Part shown: positions 44,228 through 50,250 of the stretch, in pieces | Position numbering within the stretch: position 1 is the first letter of the stretch | Layout: each line of letters opens with the position of its first letter | Virus record (IMG/VR): IMGVR_UViG_3300045988_081576 | Span: 1-50,250 of that record | DNA: 50,250 nucleotides | DNA from: a virus | Reading direction: 5' to 3' (one strand) | Notes under the pieces: generated by a model | Database searches by the model: none | The model's input: only the letters and a program-made list of their open reading frames with translations | Told to the model about the DNA's origin: nothing | Program-made: the position numbers and the translations under genes

Positions 44228-45511
44228 GTGGCTGATATTAGTGGCGGTATTGATCCGTGGCTTGCTGGCGAGCCGGTCTATAAGCAGCCGCCTAATCCTG
44301 CGAATGTTGGTTCCCGTGACCGCACTTGGGGCATCCGCCCTGATTTGTTTGATTCGTTGAATAAGGTAATGCCGAAAAAGGCGACCATTGATGAGTTGTT
44401 GAAGCAGGCGCAGGATCGGTTGGAGGATTCGAAGAAGTTTCTTGCGATGGCTGAGGATGCGCAAGAGCAGGCATTAGCATCATTGCAGGAATCGGAGCGG
44501 GCAACTGAAAAAGCGGAGCAGGCTATTGCGGATTCTCAATCTTCACGCATCCAGTCTGAGCAGGCTGTGGTTGAGGCACAAAAGGCGGTTAAGGCTTCTT
44601 CGGATGCGTTGAAGAATTCTGAGGATGCTTTGTTGGATGGCCGTTATGCGCGTGAGGATGCGGCTAGGGCGCGTGCTTATTCGGAGGCGGCGCAAAAGGA
44701 TGCGGCGGTTGCGCGCACTAATGCCGATGGTGCGCTTAAGGATGCGCGTTCAGCGGTGGAGCAGGCTTCGGCTGCTGATTTGAAGTCGGATGAGGGCAAG
44801 CAGATTGCGATTGCTGCGAATACTAAAGCGATTAAGGCTACGGATGATGCTGTTGAAGCATTGACTAAGGCGTCGCAGGCGAATAGTAATTCTATTTCTG
44901 CGTTGGAGCAGGCTAGTGCTGCGAATGATGAATCCTCTAGGGCGAATTCTAAGGCGATTGAGGCGACTAATCGGGCGTTGGCGGCGACGAATAAGGCGAC
45001 TGAGGCGAATTCATTGGCTATTGAGGCGTCGAATAAATCTATTCGTGCGTTGGAGCAAGCTAGTGATGCGAATACCAAGGCGATTAAGGCGACGAATCAG
45101 GCTGTGGCGGCTGTTGAGTCTGCTAGTGCGGCTAATACTAAGGCGATTGCTGCGCAAGGTGATGCGTCTAAAGCAATTGTGCAGGCTATCGACTCTCAGA
45201 AGGAGAGTGAGCGGCGGCGGCCACGCCCCGTGTTTGCAAAATTTTCTGAGTACAAGAACGGCTATACCGACCCAGAGGGGCTTATAAAGATCACGCCATA
45301 TGAAGTAGGTGATCGTGGTTTTCGTATTACGTGCCTTGGCACGTGGACGGGGACGATGGTGGTGCGCGCTACCGCGATTGCTCCACTGTCGTCGAACTCG
45401 GTCGATTCTGTTCGTGCATATGTTACGAAATCGAGTCGCGTGTTTAACTGTGTTCCGTATGCGGTTCAGTCCACTTACGACACTGCTGATATCACGATCT
45501 TTCCCGAGTAG
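44228..45511 (+). CDS. Tail fibre protein with an Ala-rich 14-aa tandem-repeat coiled coil and a C-terminal globular domain
   Basis: Repeats of the type ANxKAI(K/E)ATNxAxAA, about 10 copies; GTG start. Confidence 0.6.
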   Translation: MADISGGIDPWLAGEPVYKQPPNPANVGSRDRTWGIRPDLFDSLNKVMPKKATIDELLKQAQDRLEDSKKFLAMAEDAQEQALASLQESERATEKAEQAIADSQSSRIQSEQAVVEAQKAVKASSDALKNSEDALLDGRYAREDAARARAYSEAAQKDAAVARTNADGALKDARSAVEQASAADLKSDEGKQIAIAANTKAIKATDDAVEALTKASQANSNSISALEQASAANDESSRANSKAIEATNRALAATNKATEANSLAIEASNKSIRALEQASDANTKAIKATNQAVAAVESASAANTKAIAAQGDASKAIVQAIDSQKESERRRPRPVFAKFSEYKNGYTDPEGLIKITPYEVGDRGFRITCLGTWTGTMVVRATAIAPLSSNSVDSVRAYVTKSSRVFNCVPYAVQSTYDTADITIFPE

Positions 45512-45561
45512 ACAACGGCTCGCTGTGGTGAAAATAAGAGGGAGAGTTTCAGGGAGGCATA

Positions 45562-46968
45562 ATGCAGTACACAAGGGTTAAACGTGCTGTCAGCGCTGTA
45601 GTGATCGATGGTGCGGATACGGATGCGAATCCAGATTTTGTGAAGGTTAACGGTAATGTGACTTTCACGCCGCTGCTTAAAGCTGGTGATGTGGTGCAGT
45701 ATGCGGGGCCGAAAGGCCCTGAATCGCTTGTGCTCGCACCTATCGAATGCCGCATTAGTGATGGCATCATCATGCACCGTGGGCAGGAGGGCGTGTTCCT
45801 GGCGGCGGGTGGTGAGGGCGTCCAGCCGGATGTGATTCAGTGGAAAGCCACGTTCAGTAATATGCAGGCCGGTGGGTGGGCATTCACCCTGAAGCCTGTG
45901 ATGTTTGATGCGGTGCCAGGTGGGGATGTTGACCTAACCCTGGTGTCTCCCATTGCGGGCGCGTCGGAGCCGATTGTTCGCGGCCCGGCTGGCGTGGGGT
46001 TGAAATCCATTACTGTTGAGGGCTCCGAGTTAGTTGTCACGGTGACATCTGAGGCTGGGGATAGTGTCATGACGCGCATCCCCCTTGAGGATGTGGTGAA
46101 AGCCGAGGCTGCTGCCGCCGCGAAGGGTGCCGCTGATAGTGTGCGCACGGAATTCACTACTGCCGCATCCAGTGCTGCCGCGAATGCTAAGTCAGCTGCA
46201 ACGTCCGCTCAAACGGCCACGTCTAAAGCCGGTGAAGCAACCACCCAAGCAGCAAACGCAAAGACCAGCGCGTCTTCCGCGAAGAACTCCGAAGCCAATG
46301 CGCTATCGAGCGCTAATGCTGCTAAAAGTAGTGCGTCTTCTGCTGCTACTTCTGAAACTAGTGCGGCGTCGTCTGCTAGTGAGGCGAAGAGCAGCGCCAC
46401 TACGGCATCATCGAGTGCGGCTAAGGCGTCCACGTCTGAGCGGAACGCGGGGCAGTCCGCTAGTGCTGCCGCTACGTCCGCTTCGAGTGCTAAGGCCGAT
46501 GCAGACCGCGCCGCCAAAATCGCGGACTCCACATCGTGGCACGGCGACCGGTTGACGGTGAATGGTAAGACGTCCCCATCACTACGTGGCCCTAAAGGCG
46601 ATTCTGGTGCGTCCGCGTGGGGTGGCATCAAAGACAAGCCCGCCACATTCCCACCTCAAAGGCACACTCATGATGCTTCGGAAATTACAGGGACGACTAA
46701 TGACGCGGGCCGCCCCCAGTTTGGCGGCAAGGTTCTTACCCCAAGGCGTCATGACGGCAAGATTTTCTACTACAGCTACCCGACCGAGGGCCGCGAGCTT
46801 GCCAACAAAGGGTATGTGGATACTGCTGTGGCATCGGAGAAAGCCCGCACGGTGGGCATGGTGTGGATGGTGGAAACCGAAAACGCAGCCAAAGCCAAAG
46901 AATCCAGCTGTCAAAAAGGTGACTTCATCCAGGTAGCTGACACGGGAAATATCTACAAGGTGGTGTAA
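45562..46968 (+). CDS. Tail fibre / minor tail protein with an Ala/Ser-rich low-complexity stalk plus a short collagen-like segment
   Basis: SAASSA-type repeats; LRGPKGDSGASAWGG. Confidence 0.6.
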   Translation: MQYTRVKRAVSAVVIDGADTDANPDFVKVNGNVTFTPLLKAGDVVQYAGPKGPESLVLAPIECRISDGIIMHRGQEGVFLAAGGEGVQPDVIQWKATFSNMQAGGWAFTLKPVMFDAVPGGDVDLTLVSPIAGASEPIVRGPAGVGLKSITVEGSELVVTVTSEAGDSVMTRIPLEDVVKAEAAAAAKGAADSVRTEFTTAASSAAANAKSAATSAQTATSKAGEATTQAANAKTSASSAKNSEANALSSANAAKSSASSAATSETSAASSASEAKSSATTASSSAAKASTSERNAGQSASAAATSASSAKADADRAAKIADSTSWHGDRLTVNGKTSPSLRGPKGDSGASAWGGIKDKPATFPPQRHTHDASEITGTTNDAGRPQFGGKVLTPRRHDGKIFYYSYPTEGRELANKGYVDTAVASEKARTVGMVWMVETENAAKAKESSCQKGDFIQVADTGNIYKVV

Positions 46969-46973
46969 GAAAA

Positions 46974-47273
46974 ATGAGTTTGCAGTTAGTGTCCTCACCC
47001 CGCATCATTTCCGCAACATATTCTGAAGCTGCGGGCTGGTCTATCCCCGCTAGTGCGTGGGCAAGAATTGAGAATGGGAAGCTCAAGTTATCGCCGGGCA
47101 GTTACCGGTTGGAATCCCCCGGCACAGTTTTGTACGGCCAATATGGCTTCGGCTCAGAAGGCAGTTCCCCAATCTCTGGCACGGGCAGCATAGTGACAGG
47201 CTATGGCTTCTCATGGAGCGTGTTCAGCTACGCCGGAACTACGCACCCTCTCATTGTGACAAAGCTTGATTAA
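46974..47273 (+). CDS. Hypothetical protein (tail fibre-associated?)
   Basis: ORF following the fibre genes. Confidence 0.45.
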   Translation: MSLQLVSSPRIISATYSEAAGWSIPASAWARIENGKLKLSPGSYRLESPGTVLYGQYGFGSEGSSPISGTGSIVTGYGFSWSVFSYAGTTHPLIVTKLD

Positions 47274-47326
47274 TTAACCCCTGGTCACCGCATGTGGTGG
47301 CCGCACCTAATTTTCAAGGAGAAACC

Positions 47327-47950
47327 ATGACCGTAGCTGAGCTACAAGACCAAATCAGGCAGCTAGACGATGTTCAATTCCAAGAGATTAAATCGTGGGT
47401 AGTCACTGTAGAAGTGAACCGCCGCGATGCCCAACCCGAGATTGAGCAGGCGGTGTGTGAGCAGCGTGCCGAAGATGCCGCCGCACTGTGGGAGCAGCAC
47501 CCAGAGCTAAAGCCAGCGGTACAAAAGACCCCAGAGAAGCCGGTAGCTACCAGCGTGGAAGATGCCGCATCTAAGGTAGAGATTGAGGCCTATAGGCAGC
47601 CTACGGGCGCTCACGATTCTTACCCGAAGGGCGCAAAATTTATCTATAAGGGCCGTGTGTGGGAATCCCTCATGGACGGCTACTGCTGGGAGCCAGACGC
47701 GCCAGGAATTGATGAGCGCTTTGTAGTTGACGTGACCGATCGTTTCGTCAAGACAACGGGCGAGGAACCAAAAGCACCGGAGCCAGCCGTTGAGCAGCCC
47801 ACCGCCCCCGAATACCGACAACCGAGCGGAGCACACGACGCGTACAAGCAGGGTGACCGCGTCACCTACAACGGCGTCGTCTATGAATCCACCATCAACG
47901 CGAATGTGTGGACACCAGACGCCTACCCACAAGGCTGGAAGAAGCTTTAG
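47327..47950 (+). CDS. Protein with two C-terminal CBM5/12-like (chitin-binding type 3-like) carbohydrate-binding repeats
   Basis: RBS AAGGAG before ATG 47327; repeats YRQPTGAHDSYPKGAKFIYKGRVWESLMDGYCWEPDAPG and YRQPSGAHDAYKQGDRVTYNGVVYESTINANVWTPDAYPQGW show the aromatic/G-D-V-Y pattern of CBM5/12. Confidence 0.55.
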   Translation: MTVAELQDQIRQLDDVQFQEIKSWVVTVEVNRRDAQPEIEQAVCEQRAEDAAALWEQHPELKPAVQKTPEKPVATSVEDAASKVEIEAYRQPTGAHDSYPKGAKFIYKGRVWESLMDGYCWEPDAPGIDERFVVDVTDRFVKTTGEEPKAPEPAVEQPTAPEYRQPSGAHDAYKQGDRVTYNGVVYESTINANVWTPDAYPQGWKKL

Positions 47951-47955
47951 CCTAG

Positions 47956-47971
47956 TTGGTTCTACTATTGG
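47956..47971. repeat. TTGGTTCTACTA(T)TGG; candidate integrase arm-type site (P arm), repeated at 48216
   Basis: 12/13-nt direct repeat flanking the attP core, read directly. Confidence 0.4.
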
Positions 47972-47999
47972 CCCTACTAGGCATTATTTAGGGAAATAG

Positions 48000-48046
48000 T
48001 TAAAGCGGCCCCATGTTCGCATTTCGTGAGCTAGGGCCGCTTTTAA
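48000..48046 (+). terminator. Rho-independent-like terminator: TTAAAGCGGCCC-(loop)-GGGCCGCTTTTAA
   Basis: 12-bp perfect inverted repeat followed by TTTT, downstream of the last late gene. Confidence 0.6.
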
Positions 48047-48051
48047 CCTGT

Positions 48052-48103
48052 TGGAGCCGACGACGGGAATCGAACCCGCGCTAGCAGCTTGGGAAGCTGC
48101 ACC
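48052..48103 (-). other. attP core: 3' portion (anticodon arm to CCA end) of a tRNA-Gly(CCC)-like sequence
   Basis: The reverse complement reads GCAGCTTCCCAAGCTGC (anticodon loop TTCCCAA), then a T-arm GCGGGTTCGATTCCCGT, then an acceptor strand ending CGTCGGCTCCA. No matching 5' half is present. Confidence 0.65.
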
Positions 48104-48215
48104 TTATAGGGGTAAAATGTAACAAAACGGCCTAAACAACAAGGTCGTAAGTTGCACACATTTGTTATGTAGTGTCACAATTAACCACGAATCAACACCA
48201 CTGTGGATCACTTTT

Positions 48216-48231
48216 TGGTTCTACTAGACCC
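48216..48231. repeat. TTGGTTCTACTAGACC; candidate integrase arm-type site (P' arm)
   Basis: Direct repeat of the 47956 motif on the other side of the core. Confidence 0.4.
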
Positions 48232-48251
48232 GCCCCCAAAGGAAAGCAGCC

Positions 48252-49445
48252 ATGCCCAAAGTCCGCTCCATCGGCAACCTAAACCGTGATACTAAAACAG
48301 GCCTCTACTACCGCGTCCTAGACCTTGGCCACCGCCCCAACGGCAACCGCTGGCGCGTTAGAGTCACCGCCAAAAACAAGCAGCGCCTTAATGCCAAAGT
48401 CAAGGCCAAAGTAGACGAGCTAGAAAACGACACGTACAGCCCAGGCGACATGCCCACCCTAAACATCTGGTGGGAATACTGGTGTGACCACATTGCTTTT
48501 CACCGCGTAAAGCCCAACGTACTGCGCAACTATCGCGGCTATGGACGCAATCACATCCGCCATATCGGCAAAAATAAGCTAGACCAACTAACGCCAGACC
48601 ACGTGCGCTACCTCCACAGGAAAATGCACGACGAGGGACTAAGCGACCGCATGGTGCAAGCCGTCCACAACACACTGTCCAAGTGCCTCAAGGATGCCGT
48701 CGTAGAGGGCAAAATCCCCACCAACCCCTGCGACCGCATGGACAGGCCCAAAGCGAATAGTAAAGAACGTGAATCATTCACCCGCGATGAGGTCACAGCA
48801 ATTATCACCACCGCACAGGGGGATGGGCACATGCTTTACGCACGGTGGCTCATGGCCCTACTTTTGGGCGCTAGGCAGTCGGAATGTTTAGGCCTTGAAT
48901 GGGAGCGCGTAGACCTCGATGCTGGGTTGCTGGATTTATCATGGCAGGTTCAGCGCATCCCGTGGATGCACGGCGAGAATTGCGGATGCCCGCCGCAGGT
49001 TAAGGGGGCACGGTGCCCGATAAAGCGGCCCGCTGCACCATCTGGTTATGAGCATCGTCCGTGCTACATGGGCAAGTGGTTTGTGCGCCCTAAGACTAAA
49101 TCGTCTCAGCGTCTTCTACCGATACCAGCACCATTACTAGCGGAGCTTATGGTGTTACATGAGCGTTCCACGGGTGAGGGGCTAGTCTTCCATGACGACC
49201 GGTTTAGGCCTATCGACAATTCGGATGATGACCTCGCATGGGCAAATCTGTGTGAACGGGCCGGTGTGCGCCCCCTGGTGTTGCATAGCGCCCGGCACAC
49301 GATGGTTTCCTTGTTGCTGGATGCCGGGGTGGATGCTGAAACGATTAGGCAGATTGCGGGCCATTCCACGGTGCTTTCGACGCGTGGCTATATGCATGTT
49401 TCTACGGATGCGGCGAGGGCTGCGTTAGACCGTTTGGGGGAGTGA
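48252..49445 (+). CDS. int: Tyrosine integrase (site-specific recombinase, phage integrase family)
   Basis: C-terminal catalytic region with R...HxxR...Y (LHSARHTMVS ... GHSTVLSTRGYMHV); adjacent to attP. Confidence 0.9.
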   Translation: MPKVRSIGNLNRDTKTGLYYRVLDLGHRPNGNRWRVRVTAKNKQRLNAKVKAKVDELENDTYSPGDMPTLNIWWEYWCDHIAFHRVKPNVLRNYRGYGRNHIRHIGKNKLDQLTPDHVRYLHRKMHDEGLSDRMVQAVHNTLSKCLKDAVVEGKIPTNPCDRMDRPKANSKERESFTRDEVTAIITTAQGDGHMLYARWLMALLLGARQSECLGLEWERVDLDAGLLDLSWQVQRIPWMHGENCGCPPQVKGARCPIKRPAAPSGYEHRPCYMGKWFVRPKTKSSQRLLPIPAPLLAELMVLHERSTGEGLVFHDDRFRPIDNSDDDLAWANLCERAGVRPLVLHSARHTMVSLLLDAGVDAETIRQIAGHSTVLSTRGYMHVSTDAARAALDRLGE

Positions 49446-49647
49446 TTGGGGGATAGTTAGCGTGGTGGTTGCGTGTAGTCCATTTGGGGTGAGGTGGGCT
49501 ACTGTGACGCGCCATGTTTGTTCGAACGTGTGGTTCGAATTGTTGCCGTAATCGACCCATGATTGGGTGGCGTTGCGGGCCTGCATGGGGGTTAGATGCG
49601 ATGCGGGGATCACGTCTTTTGTTTGGGGGATGATTAGCAGGTCATAG

Positions 49648-50112
49648 TTATTGTTCGTGCTGCTCCCTGCTGTGTTTTTGTGCATAGTTTCCTGCCTTTA
49701 GGTCACTGACAAGCTGCTGTATGAGTTTAGCTTGCGCTGCGGACAGACCGTTTAGGTCGATGGTTGAAAGACTACCACCATTCGAACGCGTGTACGAAAG
49801 TTCGGGCCACTTGTCATACGGCACCCCCAAACCAACCAAAAGTGTCTCCGCATCCAAATCCAATACCGCCGCAACCTTGATTACGGAATGCGGATCAAGC
49901 ACCAGGGGTGAGCCGTCATAACGGCACCCGCGCTCCAGCTCAACCACCCATTTACGATTACGCCCAACAACCTCAGCTAAATCATTCTGAGTCAGGCCTT
50001 GCGTCTTACGGGCGGCCTTTATCTTTTCGCCAATTGCTTCACTTCCCATAGTGGGAATGATACGTGTAACCGCTGATATTGCACTAATTCCACGCATGAA
50101 ATTACGCGCCAT
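49648..50112 (-). CDS. cI-like repressor (HTH_XRE N-domain plus C-terminal oligomerisation domain)
   Basis: IGEKIKAARKTQGLTQNDLAEVVGRNRKWVVELERG is an XRE HTH; divergent from the cro-like gene, with the promoter/operator region between them. Confidence 0.8.
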   Translation of the reverse strand: MARNFMRGISAISAVTRIIPTMGSEAIGEKIKAARKTQGLTQNDLAEVVGRNRKWVVELERGCRYDGSPLVLDPHSVIKVAAVLDLDAETLLVGLGVPYDKWPELSYTRSNGGSLSTIDLNGLSAAQAKLIQQLVSDLKAGNYAQKHSREQHEQ

Positions 50113-50113
50113 G

Positions 50114-50142
50114 TTGCGTCATAGTGTTACATGGTATAACAT
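50114..50142 (+). promoter_or_regulatory. PR-like promoter (conserved early promoter copy F: TTGCGT, 17 bp, TAACAT) driving the cro-like gene; overlaps the divergent cI start
   Basis: Same architecture and downstream GGGTGTG block as copies A-E; spacer carries TGTTACAT..ATAACAT. Confidence 0.55.
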
Positions 50143-50187
50143 GATGGGTGTGCGAACGACGCACGAACCCCAACCAAAGGAAGCACA

Positions 50188-50250
50188 ATGCCCGAAAAGC
50201 GCTACATGACAAAGAAAGAAATGGCGTACATGTACTCCGTTTCTCAAGGT
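50188..50250 (+). CDS. 5' end of the cro/excisionase-like gene, continuing at 1..217 across the contig junction
   Basis: ATG 50188 after the conserved leader CCCCAACCAAAGGAAGCACA; the frame is continuous with the ORF at 11..217. Confidence 0.55.
   Translation, partial: MPEKRYMTKKEMAYMYSVSQG

Noticed and set aside
48152-48185. Possible int promoter TTGCAC, 17 bp, TCACAA upstream of the integrase
   Set aside because: The -10 match is poor compared with the six clear cassette copies; left as unannotated.
49425-49685. 86-aa reverse-strand ORF between int and the cI gene
   Set aside because: It overlaps the 3' end of the cI-like gene by about 38 nt, has no RBS and no recognisable domain. A shorter internal start (about 49585) could give a genuine roughly 50-aa product, but the sequence alone cannot decide.

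Overview
This window reads as a complete temperate siphovirus-type actinobacteriophage genome assembled as a circular contig (about 50.2 kb). Bases 1..55 are identical to 50196..50250, so the two ends overlap and the cro-like gene wraps around the junction. GC is roughly mid/high-50s. WhiB genes, a leaderless GTG start and actinophage-like tail genes point to an actinobacterial host, possibly a Corynebacterium-like genus; the genus cannot be fixed without a database.

Gene layout:
- Lysogeny module at the junction: tyrosine integrase (48252..49445, +), an attP-like 3' fragment of tRNA-Gly(CCC) with flanking arm-type repeats (about 47956..48231), cI-like HTH_XRE repressor (49648..50112, -), and a divergent cro/excisionase-like HTH gene (50188..wrap..217).
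- Early arm (about 300..17050, + strand): YqaJ-like exonuclease plus RecT, a replisome-organizer gene carrying internal iteron-like repeats, SSB, stand-alone class Ib NrdF, two WhiB-like regulators, two orphan DNA methyltransferases (beta-class amino-MTase and C5-cytosine Dcm-like), RusA, dUTPase, and many small ORFs including paralogue pairs.
- Late arm (about 17500..47950): ParB-like protein, TerS, TerL, portal, MuF-like protein, scaffold, major capsid, connectors, major tail protein, G/GT chaperones with a -1 frameshift candidate, a 1754-aa tape measure protein with an embedded NlpC/P60 domain, Dit, Tal, endolysin (peptidase plus GH25), holin-like proteins, collagen-like and Ala/Ser-repeat fibre proteins, and a tandem CBM5/12-like protein.

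The most novelty-prone region is a reverse-strand, lower-GC moron island (23333..27754) sitting between the head-morphogenesis gene and the scaffold gene.
- One operon there reads lipoprotein, small HTH protein, KilAC antirepressor and an 81-aa ORF. This looks like a P22 immI-like second immunity / superinfection-exclusion region.
- A second operon has five genes: a 96-aa extremely acidic protein (DNA-mimic candidate), an 80-aa ORF, a 66-aa zinc-ribbon protein, a 130-aa HTH protein, and a 217-aa protein combining a MucR/Ros-like zinc finger, a zinc ribbon and an HTH. It has palindromic operator-like sites upstream.

Two further points stand out. A promoter plus leader cassette (TTGCAY, 17 bp, TAACAT, then CCCCAACCAAAGGAAACACC-ATG) recurs six times, including at the cI/cro switch. 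One of these promoters heads a 450-bp ORF-free early/late junction that holds a 21-aa hydrophobic peptide ORF and a hairpin.

No CRISPR array, rRNA or complete tRNA gene is seen. All functional calls rest on motif recognition by eye, without database searches.
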